Assembly: GCA_964291315.2 (NCBI GenBank)
Contig: OZ219753.1
Location: 2,400,001 to 2,464,000 of the forward strand
Reading direction: 5' to 3'
DNA: 64,000 nt
From: Candidatus Poribacteria bacterium
Lineage (GTDB): Bacteria; Poribacteria; WGA-4E; WGA-3G
Below, piece after piece: positions 9,391 to 19,633 of the stretch. Every line of letters begins with the position of its first letter. Within the stretch, counting starts at the first letter, position 1. The notes below the pieces were generated by a model. It was not told the DNA's origin and made no database searches. It saw nothing but the letters and a program-made list of their open reading frames with translations. The translations under genes were made by a program, and so were the position numbers.

Positions 9391-10176
9391 ATGGCAACAG
9401 AAAAAATGTTTTCTGCGCAGCAAATCGCAGCACAGCTCTACACAGTTAGAGAATTTACGAAGACCGAGGCTGATATTGCAGAAACGATGAAAAAAGTCCG
9501 ACAACTTGGATATGAAGCGGTGCAATGTTCTGCGCTCGGCCCAATCCCGCCCGCTACATTAAAAAGTATAGTTGATGGCGAAGGCATTCGCATCATCGCC
9601 ACACATACCAACTACGTTCGGATGCGCGACGAGCCGCAATCTGTCATTGATGAACATCAATTGTGGGGATGCAAGCACGCCGCAATCGGCGGAATTCCGG
9701 GGGAATATCGGACAGCTGAAGGATATATCAAATTCGCAAAAGAAGCCTCCGAAGTCGCAGAGCGCCTTGCTGAAGGCGGTCTAACCTTTTCCTATCACAA
9801 CCATAGTTTTGAATTGGAACGTTTTAACGGGCGCACAGGTCTAGAAATTTTGTATGCCGAGAGCGATCCAAACTATTTTAAGAGCGAATTAGACACCTAT
9901 TGGATTCAACACGGCGGCGGCGACCCAGCAGCATGGATTCGAAACCTGAAGGGACGTGCTGACATCATTCATCTGAAAGATATGGCGATGCAAGGTTCCA
10001 CACAACGTTTTGCAGAAGTCGGTGAAGGCAATCTCAACTGGTCCGCTATCTTAAGTGCGTGTAACTATGCAGGCGTTGAATGGTACATCATCGAACAAGA
10101 CACCTGTTATGAACGTGACCCGTTTGAGAGCTTAGGCATCAGTCTGCAAAATCTGCAAGAGATGGGTTTCGCCTAA
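9391..10176 (+). CDS. Sugar phosphate isomerase/epimerase (IolE-like TIM barrel)
   Basis: QLYTVR, YHNHSFE, ELDTYW, HLKD, GEGNLNW, IEQD. AGGAG lies 5 nt before the ATG at 9391. Confidence 0.9.
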   Translation: MATEKMFSAQQIAAQLYTVREFTKTEADIAETMKKVRQLGYEAVQCSALGPIPPATLKSIVDGEGIRIIATHTNYVRMRDEPQSVIDEHQLWGCKHAAIGGIPGEYRTAEGYIKFAKEASEVAERLAEGGLTFSYHNHSFELERFNGRTGLEILYAESDPNYFKSELDTYWIQHGGGDPAAWIRNLKGRADIIHLKDMAMQGSTQRFAEVGEGNLNWSAILSACNYAGVEWYIIEQDTCYERDPFESLGISLQNLQEMGFA

Positions 10177-10364
10177 GCGAATCATTTTTCGCCAATGCCG
10201 CGGACGAGGCTTCTTACATGACACTCACGGGGTGTCCGAAACACGAACGCGAGGTAGGAAGCACTCGTCCGATAACTGAGACAATACACTTCTGATTCAA
10301 GACAGAAAAACAGTTGGATAGTGCTGAATAAGCCGAACATTGCTAAAAACCGGCATATTTTTAT

Positions 10365-10393
10365 TTGACATTCCCGGCGAGTTATGATACAAT
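10365..10393 (+). promoter_or_regulatory. Sigma70 promoter of tRNA-Pro/hom
   Basis: TTGACA-17 nt-TACAAT with a TG extension. Confidence 0.75.
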
Positions 10394-10437
10394 TAGAAAT
10401 GAATGGATAAAAAATAAATAGGATCTAATCCAGTTAA

Positions 10438-10511
10438 CGGGGCGTGGCGCAGCCCGGAAGCGCGCTTGAATGGGGTTCAAGAGGTCGCTGGTTCGAATCC
10501 AGTCGCCCCGA
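10438..10511 (+). tRNA. tRNA-Pro(GGG), CCA not encoded
   Basis: Acceptor stem CGGGGCG/CGCCCCG; anticodon arm CTTGA-ATGGGGT-TCAAG; T-loop GGTTCGAATCC. Confidence 0.97.
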
Positions 10512-10607
10512 TTTTTGATATGTACTCTCGGCTTGCAAATTGTGTGAGTCCCAGGCCCACCTGCCAGCCGAGCAGTGGATGTACAGAGAAAATAGGGAGT
10601 CGTAGCC

Positions 10608-11927
10608 GTGGGTAAGTCTATTAATGTGGGCATTTTAGGGTGGGGGACCGTCGGAACCGGGGTCTCCAAGATTCTGATCAACCAGCATGCCCTTATTGCC
10701 AAAAACAGTGGTACAGAATTACGTCTAAAAAAAATAGTAAAACGAACGCTTCCGGCTACTCGTCAAGGCGTTGAACTTCCGGCCGGTTGTCTGACAGACA
10801 ACCCCTCGGAAGTTGTTGATGATCCAGATATTGACATCGTTGTTGAACTTATCGGTGGTGTTACAGAAGCACATGGCCACATCAAGCGTGCTATTCAAAA
10901 TGGTAAGCATGTTGTTACAGCTAATAAAGCCCTTTTAGCAGAACATGGCGGTGAATTGTTCCAACTTGCCTCGGAACATCAGGTAAGTTTGAATTTTGAA
11001 GCAAGCACAGCGGGCGGGATCCCCATTATTAAAACGTTGCAGGAAAGTTTCGCGGGTAACCAGATCCGATCTCTCTACGGTATTGTAAACGGTACCTGCA
11101 ATTATATTTTAACTGAAATGCACAAACGTGCAGTCGATTTTTCGGACGTGCTTCAAGCAGCTCAAGCCATGGGCTACGCTGAAGCCGATCCGACGCTTGA
11201 TGTTGAAGGCATCGATGCTGCTCAGAAACTCATCCTCCTGATTGCTCTCGCCTATAGAAGTAGTATTTCCCTGTCACAACTCCACGTTGAAGGCATCACA
11301 AACATCACACAGAAAGAGATTCAATATGCTCGTGAATTAGGGTATGTCATCAAACTGCTTGCTATCGTGAAGCTGAGTGATGGAAGCTGTGTGGAGGCGC
11401 GCGTGCATCCCACACTTGTGCCGGAGCGGAGCTTGCTCGCGAACGTCGGCGGTGCATTCAACGCAGTTTGTGTCATAGGGGATGCAGTCGGGCCGACCCT
11501 CTTTTATGGACAAGGCGCCGGCGAAATGCCGACCGCTAGTGCGGTTGTTGCGGACATCATAGACGCTGCGAAATCTATACAACGAGGAATGAGTTCACCG
11601 ATTTCACAAGCATGGCTCGCCGGGGCCCAAGCAGAAGTCGACGTTTGTTCTATTGACGATATAGAGACCCGCTATTATCTCCGCTTCGTTGTTGCTGATC
11701 GTCCCGGTGTTCTCGCGAAAATCGGTACCATTTTGGGAAACTGGCAGATTAGCGTCGCCTCTGTCATCCAGAAGGATCCACACGGCATGGATATAGTTTC
11801 CCTTGTTATGCTAACCCACACAGCGCGGGAAAAAAATATAAGAGCAGCACTTGCACAAATTCATACGCTCGAGAGTGTGAAAGGAGAAACACAACTTATT
11901 AGGATTGAAGAACAAGTTGACTGTTAA
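10608..11927 (+). CDS. hom: Homoserine dehydrogenase with ACT domain
   Basis: GWGTVG, VVTANKA, GIVNGTCNYIL, GYAEADP, GQGAG; C-terminal YYLRF..DRPGVLA. Confidence 0.96.
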   Translation: MGKSINVGILGWGTVGTGVSKILINQHALIAKNSGTELRLKKIVKRTLPATRQGVELPAGCLTDNPSEVVDDPDIDIVVELIGGVTEAHGHIKRAIQNGKHVVTANKALLAEHGGELFQLASEHQVSLNFEASTAGGIPIIKTLQESFAGNQIRSLYGIVNGTCNYILTEMHKRAVDFSDVLQAAQAMGYAEADPTLDVEGIDAAQKLILLIALAYRSSISLSQLHVEGITNITQKEIQYARELGYVIKLLAIVKLSDGSCVEARVHPTLVPERSLLANVGGAFNAVCVIGDAVGPTLFYGQGAGEMPTASAVVADIIDAAKSIQRGMSSPISQAWLAGAQAEVDVCSIDDIETRYYLRFVVADRPGVLAKIGTILGNWQISVASVIQKDPHGMDIVSLVMLTHTAREKNIRAALAQIHTLESVKGETQLIRIEEQVDC

Positions 11928-12153
11928 CAGGGCAAAATTCTATCACAAGATCCATCTGAAAACTCTTATTTATATCTTTATTAAGGTGAACTCGAGGAGA
12001 ACCCCGACAATTTCACGCTATTCTATCTACTTAGAAATGTTATTTGCACAATACCCTCTACTATTAGGTATCGTAATACGCTCTGCTGTTTATTTTGAGC
12101 AGCACCGGGTTCTTTTAATTGCTCGCAACAGATACTTGAGGTGAGAATTAAAT

Positions 12154-12726
12154 ATGAAGGAAGATATGAAAAGTACGTTGGTGTTCGAGGTGAAAGACCT
12201 TCGACATGAGGACTTCAAGAGATATGAGGCGCTTGTGGCCCCCGAGACGCTCGGTCTGATTTATGAGGAGGCAGATTTTGTTAGCCCCCTCTCCTGCACA
12301 GTCCTTTTATGCCGTCAAGGCGACAACAATATTTTCGCGACAGCCGATATCACCTCAACCCTTTCAGTGGAGTGCAGACGTTGTGTTAAAGTTTTCAATA
12401 TTGACGTAGCAACTACCCTTAACTTATTTTTCTCTTTTAGAACCAAGTCTTTGGAATCTGATGAAGCGGATGAACGATATTACGATGGGGAGACCTTAGA
12501 TATTTCAGAGGATGTTCGGCAGGATCTTATTGTTGAAATGCCGATGTGGCCGCTCTGTGCTGACACCTGTGAAGGATTATGTCCAGGGTGCGGGGCAAAC
12601 CTCAATGATGGAATCTGTGCTTGTAATACAGAAAATGAGGAACCAGTGTCAACTTCTAATCCGCTTAGCGCGCAGCTCACGGACCTATTCTCCAAAGCTG
12701 ACCCGCTCAAAGACGCTAGAAAATAG
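12154..12726 (+). CDS. yceD: DUF177 / YceD family protein
   Basis: ECRRC and LCADTCEGLCPGCG Zn motifs; lies directly before rpmF. Confidence 0.88.
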   Translation: MKEDMKSTLVFEVKDLRHEDFKRYEALVAPETLGLIYEEADFVSPLSCTVLLCRQGDNNIFATADITSTLSVECRRCVKVFNIDVATTLNLFFSFRTKSLESDEADERYYDGETLDISEDVRQDLIVEMPMWPLCADTCEGLCPGCGANLNDGICACNTENEEPVSTSNPLSAQLTDLFSKADPLKDARK

Positions 12727-12800
12727 CTGGAACCCTAATAAATTCGGTTTGTGGAAGCGACTTTGAATCACAATTTTTACAACTAAGGAGACAATAATCC

Positions 12801-12986
12801 ATGGCACATCCAAAACGCAGAACGTCAAGATCGAAAAAAAGAATGCGGAGAAGCCATAACGCCCTCTACGATAAAGCAATAAGCGTCTGTTCATACTGTG
12901 GAGAGACTATGATATCCCACCATGTCTGTATGGAATGCGGATACTACAATGGAAGGCCTGTACTCAAATCTGCCGATGAGGCATAG
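12801..12986 (+). CDS. rpmF: 50S ribosomal protein L32 (Zn-binding type)
   Basis: MAHPKRRTSRSKKRMRRSH, CxxC..HHVCxxCGYY. Confidence 0.97.
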   Translation: MAHPKRRTSRSKKRMRRSHNALYDKAISVCSYCGETMISHHVCMECGYYNGRPVLKSADEA

Positions 12987-13086
12987 GCGAATCAAGAGTT
13001 TTTAAAGTTGTCCGCTTAGGAAGTGGTATATTGTTACAGAAACACTTTATTAACTGAAAATGGGCAACTACCAAAAGAGATAAACA

Positions 13087-14082
13087 ATGACGCAACTTCG
13101 ACGGGCAACAATTACGGGGACAGGCTCTTACCTTCCTGATCGAGTGGTCACTAACCTCGATCTTGAAAAAATGGTTAATACTAGCGATGAGTGGATTCGC
13201 CAGCGCACCGGCATTAGAGAGCGGCGCATTGCTGAAGACAACGTTGCTACTTCAGATATTTGCGTGCCTGCTGCTCGCTGGGCTATTAAGAATGCCAATA
13301 TTAATCCGCTTGATATTCAGATGATTCTGGTTGCCACTGTTACGCCGGATACGTTCTTCCCGTCAACAGCGTGTTACGTTCAGAGAGGCATCGGGGCAAA
13401 AAACGCCTCTGCAATGGATATTTCTGCTGCATGCGCAGGATTCCTTTACGGGCTAGATGTGGCAGATGGAATGATTAGATCAGGGCGATACGACACTATC
13501 CTTGTTGTCGGCGGCGAGGTCTTTAACAAAATCGTTGATTGGGAAGACAGAACAACATGTGTCCTCTTTGGAGATGGCGCCGGTGCTGCTGTCGTTCAAG
13601 CTACCGATGAACCCAAGGGTATCCTTGCCTCTTATATTGGGTCTGATGGCGATTATGCAGACATTGAACTCCTCGGTATCCCCGCAGGTGGCACCCGGAT
13701 GCCGGTCACCCCAGAAGCGATCGAGCAAAAACTAGACAAAATTCAGATGAATGGACGCGAAGTCTTCAAATTGGGCGTTCGGCTCATGCCGGAAGCCGCA
13801 CAACGAGTGCTCCGTGAGGCAAACGTTAGCATTGAAGATATCGACCTGTTAATTCCGCATCAAGCAAACTTACGCATCATTAAAGCCGTGGGCGATAGGC
13901 TGGGACTCCCGCAAGAAAAAGTCTATATCAATGTCGATAAATACGGGAACACTTCAGCCGCAACGGTGATTATTGCATTAGATGAGGCGATCCGTGAAGG
14001 TAGAGCGAAACCAGGCGATCTGCTTCTGTTTGTGACTTTTGGTGCTGGTTTAACATGGGGAAGCACCCTTCTACGATTATAG
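13087..14082 (+). CDS. fabH: 3-oxoacyl-ACP synthase III
   Basis: AACAGF, FGDGAGA, PHQAN, GNTSAA. Confidence 0.97.
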   Translation: MTQLRRATITGTGSYLPDRVVTNLDLEKMVNTSDEWIRQRTGIRERRIAEDNVATSDICVPAARWAIKNANINPLDIQMILVATVTPDTFFPSTACYVQRGIGAKNASAMDISAACAGFLYGLDVADGMIRSGRYDTILVVGGEVFNKIVDWEDRTTCVLFGDGAGAAVVQATDEPKGILASYIGSDGDYADIELLGIPAGGTRMPVTPEAIEQKLDKIQMNGREVFKLGVRLMPEAAQRVLREANVSIEDIDLLIPHQANLRIIKAVGDRLGLPQEKVYINVDKYGNTSAATVIIALDEAIREGRAKPGDLLLFVTFGAGLTWGSTLLRL

Positions 14083-14241
14083 CCGCAGGTCACAAACAGT
14101 CAGCATTAGCAGAGAGACCTTTCTAATTAGCCTCAGTTTCTTATGCGATTTGAAGGTCACAGGTTGTGAGAAAGAAGGCCGGAAAACTATTAATCGAACC
14201 ACTATGGAATCAAATGGTGTGGGATCGAATTTGAGAAGAAA

Positions 14242-15180
14242 ATGAGACAGGTAGCATTCACTTTTCCGGGGCAAGGTTCACAACACGTGGGTATGGGAGC
14301 AGAATTAGCACAAAACTATTCTGTTGCCGAGGCTGTTTTTGAGGAAGCCGATGTTACCCTTGGATGTGAATTGCGGAAGCTGTGTTTTGAAGGGCCGGAG
14401 ACAGATTTAAAGCGGACTGAACATACACAACCTGCTATTTTGACATGCAGCATCGCGGCGTTGCGGGTGCTTGGAGAACATGGCATTTTTCCGCGCGCCG
14501 TCGCTGGACATAGCTTAGGAGAGTATTCCGCACTCGTGGCTGCGGGAGTGCTTAAGTTCTCAGATGCGTTGCGTTTGGTGCACGCCCGAGCGAGTTTGAT
14601 GGCAGAAGCAGGTGAAACACAGCAAGGAGCAATGGCGGCTATCCTCGGAATGGAAACCGAACGGCTCCAAAAGCTCTGTGAGACGACGGATGGAATTGTA
14701 GATATCGCTAATTACAACTGCCCCGGGCAACTGGTTATCTCTGGAGAGGTCAAGGCGGTTAACCACGTCGTTTCTCTTGCCAAAACCGAAATCGGGGCGA
14801 GGCGGTGTCAACTGCTCCCCGTGAGCGGGGCGTTTCATTCTGTACTGATGGCACCCGCGCAACAAAGGTTCGAATCCGTGCTCGCTTCAGTACCGCTGTA
14901 TCCGCCTCAAGTTAACATAGCGATGAACGTAACGGGCAGGTTCGCGAAAGATGCAAATGATGTTAGGCACGTCCTATTTCAACAGATAACACAACCTGTT
15001 CAGTGGAAAAAAACGTTGCACACAATCACAAATATGGGCATCACAGATTTTGTCGAAGTAGGACCAGGGAAGGTTTTGTCAGGTTTGCTGAAGCGCACGC
15101 TTCCTGAAAGCCGGGCAATGAATGTTGAAGACCTTAAAACGCTATCTCTCGTGAGAGATACATATGAATGCGGTGAATAA
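14242..15180 (+). CDS. fabD: Malonyl CoA-ACP transacylase
   Basis: FPGQGSQ, GHSLGEY, VSGAFHS, EVGPGKVL. Confidence 0.97.
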   Translation: MRQVAFTFPGQGSQHVGMGAELAQNYSVAEAVFEEADVTLGCELRKLCFEGPETDLKRTEHTQPAILTCSIAALRVLGEHGIFPRAVAGHSLGEYSALVAAGVLKFSDALRLVHARASLMAEAGETQQGAMAAILGMETERLQKLCETTDGIVDIANYNCPGQLVISGEVKAVNHVVSLAKTEIGARRCQLLPVSGAFHSVLMAPAQQRFESVLASVPLYPPQVNIAMNVTGRFAKDANDVRHVLFQQITQPVQWKKTLHTITNMGITDFVEVGPGKVLSGLLKRTLPESRAMNVEDLKTLSLVRDTYECGE

Positions 15181-15185
15181 AAACA

Positions 15186-15962
15186 GTGGATCTAACAATA
15201 AAACAGAGCGTTTTTAGAGAAGACTTGCTGAGCGGCAAAACCGCGATTGTCACGGGTGCTTCCCGCGGCATTGGGGCTGCAATTGCACAGAGACTCTGTG
15301 AAATTGGGGCCAACGTGGTTATTTGCTCACGTTCTGCAGATGCCGTTGGACAAGTCGCTGATACACTCCAAGACGCAGGCTATACTGTTCATGCAATGGC
15401 TGCCGATATTTCCAAGAAGACAGCTGTTCAAAACTTAATAGAAAAAACCCTTGATCAATTTTCGAGAATTGATATTCTTGTTAACAACGCCGGGATTACC
15501 CGCGACATGCTGCTCATGCGTCTCAAAGATGAGGACTGGGACGCTGTACTACAGACGAATCTGACCGGCACAATGTACTGCACGCGCGCGGTCCTTCGCC
15601 CGATGGTCAGTCAAAAAAGTGGACGTATTATTAACATCTCATCAGTAGTTGGATTAATGGGCAACGCCGGGCAAGCAAGTTACGCTGCTGCGAAGGCAGG
15701 CATTATCGGTTTGACGAAGGCTACCGCTAAAGAGATCGGTACCCGCGGCATTACTGTGAACGGTATCGCCCCTGGCTTTATTACAACGGACATGACAGCA
15801 CAAATACCGGAACAGAATCAGAAACGGCTGCTTGAAATGATTCCGTTACGAGGGTTTGGGCATCCAGAAGACGTAGCAGACGCTGTCTGTTTTTTGGCAT
15901 CGGACGCTGCACGCTATATCACGGGACATATACTCCAGGTTGACGGCGGTATGGCGATGTAA
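15186..15962 (+). CDS. fabG: 3-oxoacyl-ACP reductase
   Basis: TGASRGIG, NNAGITRD, YAAAK, VDGGM. Confidence 0.97.
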   Translation: MDLTIKQSVFREDLLSGKTAIVTGASRGIGAAIAQRLCEIGANVVICSRSADAVGQVADTLQDAGYTVHAMAADISKKTAVQNLIEKTLDQFSRIDILVNNAGITRDMLLMRLKDEDWDAVLQTNLTGTMYCTRAVLRPMVSQKSGRIINISSVVGLMGNAGQASYAAAKAGIIGLTKATAKEIGTRGITVNGIAPGFITTDMTAQIPEQNQKRLLEMIPLRGFGHPEDVADAVCFLASDAARYITGHILQVDGGMAM

Positions 15963-16117
15963 TTCGAGTGCACTTGGGCCTCTCCGAGGGCACTTACAAA
16001 CAAAACGTATAGTGGGCAAAATTCAGAACGCCCACACTCGTATTAATTAATAACATACTTTTAGCCCGAAGACCAATTTTGCGGGCAAACATTTTATAGG
16101 AGATCCGAAAAACACTT

Positions 16118-16351
16118 ATGGCAACGAACCAAGAACGTCTTATTGAAATTATCGCAAAGCAGCTCAGCGTTGACGAAAATAATGTAACACCAGATGCCTC
16201 TTTTATGGAAGATCTGGGAGCTGATTCACTAGATACTGTTGAACTGGTTATGGCTCTTGAAGAGGAATTTGATATCGAAATTCCGGACAGTGATGCCGAG
16301 AAAATTCAGACTGTTCAAGACGCTTTGAGTTATCTAGACGAACATCTATAG
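16118..16351 (+). CDS. acpP: Acyl carrier protein
   Basis: [20 protein letters not shown]. Confidence 0.98.
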   Translation: MATNQERLIEIIAKQLSVDENNVTPDASFMEDLGADSLDTVELVMALEEEFDIEIPDSDAEKIQTVQDALSYLDEHL

Positions 16352-16458
16352 TAAATATCTTGATGGAATGGATATACGGAAAACTATAAGACTTTCTAAG
16401 GGTGCGCTGGGTCATGTCCTAAGCACACCTGCAACCTAAACAAAAAAGGATCGGTCTC

Positions 16459-17697
16459 GTGGAGCGTGTAGCTATTACAGGAATCGGTGTTGTCAATGCA
16501 ATTGGCAATACGAAAGAAGAATATTGGGATGCGCTTGCTATTGGGAAAAACGGAATCGGACCTTTGACCTACTTCGATGCCTCCGAGCATCGTAGCCAAA
16601 TCGCTGGAGAGGTAAAAAACTTCCAAGCGGAAGTGTACATGGATCGTCGAACTGCGTCTCGGGTACCACTTTTTATCCAATATGCTCTTGCCGCTGCGAT
16701 CATGGCTCATCAAGACGCAGGTTTGGAACTCGACAGCGTTGACCCTTACCGCGCAGGCGTTCAAATCGGCTCCGGGATCGGGGGCATCGGGGTACTCGAA
16801 GACAACGCAAAGATCCTCGCTGAAAAAGGGGTTAAACGTGTGAGCCCGTTTCTTGTGCCGTACATGATTATTAACATGGCGGCAGGACGGATCTCAATTC
16901 ACTTTAACCTCAAAGGCCCCAATTCCACATCCGTTACTGCTTGTGCAAGCGCGAACCACTCCATTGGTGACTCTTTCCGTATCATTCAACGCGGTGAGGC
17001 AGATGTGATGTTTACCGGGGGCACCGAATCAGCGATTACGCCGCTCGCTTTTGCAGGTTTCTGCTCAATGCGTGCCATGTCGGCACGGAATCATGAGCCC
17101 GAGCGAGCCTCGCGTCCGTTCACTAAAGATAGGGACGGTTTTGTGATGGGGGACGGAGCCGGGGTTCTCATCCTCGAATCACTATCGCATGCTAAAAAAC
17201 GGGGCGCACCTATCTATGCAGAAATAATCGGTTACGGAATGACTTCAGATGCACACGACATGGTGAGCCCGCCTGAGAACGGCGAGGGGGCAGCCAAAGC
17301 GATGGAATTTGCCCTTCAAGACGCAGGCGTGTCACTAGATGCCGTCGATTATATCAATGCCCACGGCACTTCTACTCCAATTGGGGACGCGGCCGAAACC
17401 AACGCTATTAAAACGCTCTTCGGCGAATACGCATATAAAATCCCTGTCAGTTCGACCAAATCCATGATCGGGCACCTGCTAGGGGCTGCTGGAGCCGTGG
17501 AACTCATCGCCTGCTTAGGATCAATGGAAAAGGGCTTTCTGCCACCCACTATCAATTACGACATGCCAGACGAAGCCTGCGATTTAGATTACGTTCCCAA
17601 TGAAAGTCGGGACGCAAAAATCGAGATTGCCCTTTCCAACGCTTTCGGTTTCGGCGGGCACAATACCGCTATCGCCATCCGCAGATTTTCAGGCTAG
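16459..17697 (+). CDS. fabF: 3-oxoacyl-ACP synthase II
   Basis: [29 protein letters not shown]. Confidence 0.97.
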   Translation: MERVAITGIGVVNAIGNTKEEYWDALAIGKNGIGPLTYFDASEHRSQIAGEVKNFQAEVYMDRRTASRVPLFIQYALAAAIMAHQDAGLELDSVDPYRAGVQIGSGIGGIGVLEDNAKILAEKGVKRVSPFLVPYMIINMAAGRISIHFNLKGPNSTSVTACASANHSIGDSFRIIQRGEADVMFTGGTESAITPLAFAGFCSMRAMSARNHEPERASRPFTKDRDGFVMGDGAGVLILESLSHAKKRGAPIYAEIIGYGMTSDAHDMVSPPENGEGAAKAMEFALQDAGVSLDAVDYINAHGTSTPIGDAAETNAIKTLFGEYAYKIPVSSTKSMIGHLLGAAGAVELIACLGSMEKGFLPPTINYDMPDEACDLDYVPNESRDAKIEIALSNAFGFGGHNTAIAIRRFSG

Positions 17698-17750
17698 CTG
17701 TAGCAGACTTCCCTGTGTTTAAGTGGGTTGAGAGTGCGAAATAGATCGAA

Positions 17751-18251
17751 ATGTGTGTAGCCTATATCGGCTTCGGAAGCAACATTGACGACCGACTAAA
17801 GCACCTCCAGAACGCTATCCATCTCTTATCGAAGACTGACGGAATCACTTTAGAACAGATTTCCACCATTTACGAAACAGCACCTGTCGGATATGAAGAG
17901 CAGGCAGAATTCCTGAACGGGGTTGCTTCCATCCAAACCTCCATTTCACCCTTCCATTTACTGCAGACCTTGAAAGCCATCGAAACCGCTGTCGGCAGAC
18001 AGCATCGCATACACTGGGGACCCAGAGAAATCGACTTAGACTTATTAATCTATGCAGATGTGTGTATCCAGACAGAGAAGCTTGTCGTGCCACACCCGGA
18101 GATGCATCTCCGGCGTTTTGTGTTGGCCCCGCTTGCAGAAATTGCACCGACCCTTGTGCACCCTATCTTTCAGAAAAGTGTCCAAGCTCTACTTGCGCAT
18201 CTTAAGGATGATAAATCTGTATTGAAAACAACGTTGCCCTTGTGTTGCTGA
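17751..18251 (+). CDS. folK: 2-amino-4-hydroxy-6-hydroxymethyldihydropteridine diphosphokinase
   Basis: [33 protein letters not shown]. Confidence 0.96.
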   Translation: MCVAYIGFGSNIDDRLKHLQNAIHLLSKTDGITLEQISTIYETAPVGYEEQAEFLNGVASIQTSISPFHLLQTLKAIETAVGRQHRIHWGPREIDLDLLIYADVCIQTEKLVVPHPEMHLRRFVLAPLAEIAPTLVHPIFQKSVQALLAHLKDDKSVLKTTLPLCC

Positions 18252-18287
18252 CCTACCGTAAAAGCAACCTTTACAGATTTGAAAAAC

Positions 18288-18316
18288 TTGCAATTCTCGC
18301 GCAAGTATGGTATAAT
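18288..18316 (+). promoter_or_regulatory. Sigma70 promoter of the sucC operon
   Basis: TTGCAA-17 nt-TATAAT with a TG extension. Confidence 0.65.
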
Positions 18317-18398
18317 TCCTAATGCTTTTCTGAACATGCTAAACAGATAGACTCTAATTGTAAATGCCCAAGGAACCTTATCGCAGATTATAGAAGAA

Positions 18399-19583
18399 AT
18401 GAACATCCACGAATACCAAGCAAGACAAATTTTAGAATCTTATGGCGTTAACACGCTACCGGGGAAGGTCGCTGAAACGCCGGCGGAAGCGGAGATTATC
18501 GCCCAAGAACTCAATTGTCCGGCCTACGTTATCAAAGCACAAATCCACGCAGGCGGCCGCGGCAAGGGGGGCGGCGTGAAACTCGCGAGCTCGCCTGCTG
18601 AAGTAAAACAGCGTACCGAAGCAATTCTTGGCATGCAGCTTGTAACACCACAGACAGGCTCCGAGGGAAAACTCGTCCGAAAAGTGCTGGTTGCCGAAGC
18701 GGCTGAGATAGAGAAAGAGTTTTATCTCGCTATACTTCTTGATAGAGAAACCTCACAGATCACTTTAATCGGTAGCGAAGAGGGCGGCGTTAATATTGAG
18801 GAAGTTGCAGCAGAAACCCCGGAAAAGATTATTAGGGCACAGGTGCATCCTGCCTTTGGATTAGCGGAATTTCAGGCACGCGAGTTCGCATATAAGCTCA
18901 TCACCGATTCAGGCTACCGTCCGGTCATGCCGAAAGCCGTTAAACTGATCCGTTCACTTTATGCTGCTTTCACGGCGTGTGATTGTTCACTCATAGAGAT
19001 TAACCCGTTGGCAATTGTGAAAACGGGTGGCGAATTAGATATTGTCGCCCTCGATTCCAAAGTTAACCTCGACGATAACTCGCTCTGGCGGCACCCTGAT
19101 ATTGCCAAAATGCGCGACCCATACGAAGAAGACCCTAGCGAATTGGAAGCAAGCGAATCAGGTTTGAGTTACATCCGCCTTGAAGGCGACATCGGCTGTA
19201 TGGTAAACGGCGCGGGACTCGCTATGGCGACAATGGACATCATCAAACAAAACGGCGGCGAACCGGCAAACTTCCTTGATGTCGGCGGGGGGGCCTCCGT
19301 AGAAGCTGTCACGCATGCTTTTCGGCTCATCTTGGCAGACAAAAACGTGAAAGCTGTTCTCGTTAATATCTTCGGGGGTATCATGAAATGTGACACAATC
19401 GCGAACGGTATTGTTGAAGCAGCCAAACAGGTAGAGCTCACAGTCCCACTTGTAGTTCGGTTGGAAGGCACAAACGTAGACCTTGGAAAACAGATTATCT
19501 CCGAATCCGATCTGAATGTCCAACAAGCGGAAGGACTAACCGAAGCCGCACAACTCGCAGTAGGAGCCGCAACCTCCGCATAA
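18399..19583 (+). CDS. sucC: Succinyl-CoA ligase beta subunit
   Basis: [41 protein letters not shown]. Confidence 0.98.
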   Translation: MNIHEYQARQILESYGVNTLPGKVAETPAEAEIIAQELNCPAYVIKAQIHAGGRGKGGGVKLASSPAEVKQRTEAILGMQLVTPQTGSEGKLVRKVLVAEAAEIEKEFYLAILLDRETSQITLIGSEEGGVNIEEVAAETPEKIIRAQVHPAFGLAEFQAREFAYKLITDSGYRPVMPKAVKLIRSLYAAFTACDCSLIEINPLAIVKTGGELDIVALDSKVNLDDNSLWRHPDIAKMRDPYEEDPSELEASESGLSYIRLEGDIGCMVNGAGLAMATMDIIKQNGGEPANFLDVGGGASVEAVTHAFRLILADKNVKAVLVNIFGGIMKCDTIANGIVEAAKQVELTVPLVVRLEGTNVDLGKQIISESDLNVQQAEGLTEAAQLAVGAATSA

Positions 19584-19633
19584 GGTCCTATTAGCTAAAA
19601 CTTGCAGCAGCCAGATTTTGGGAGAATAAATAG

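Noticed and set aside
10438-10511. tRNA as an integration site for an island
   Set aside because: No integrase and no duplicated tRNA 3' end were seen in the window.
10512-10607. Thr/Met attenuator or SAM riboswitch before hom
   Set aside because: A CTCGGCT/AGCCGAG hairpin exists, but the small ORF is not Thr/Ile-rich, there is no U-tract and no riboswitch consensus.
19287-19293. G7 run in sucC as a phase-variable tract
   Set aside because: It encodes the conserved DVGGG motif of a housekeeping enzyme.
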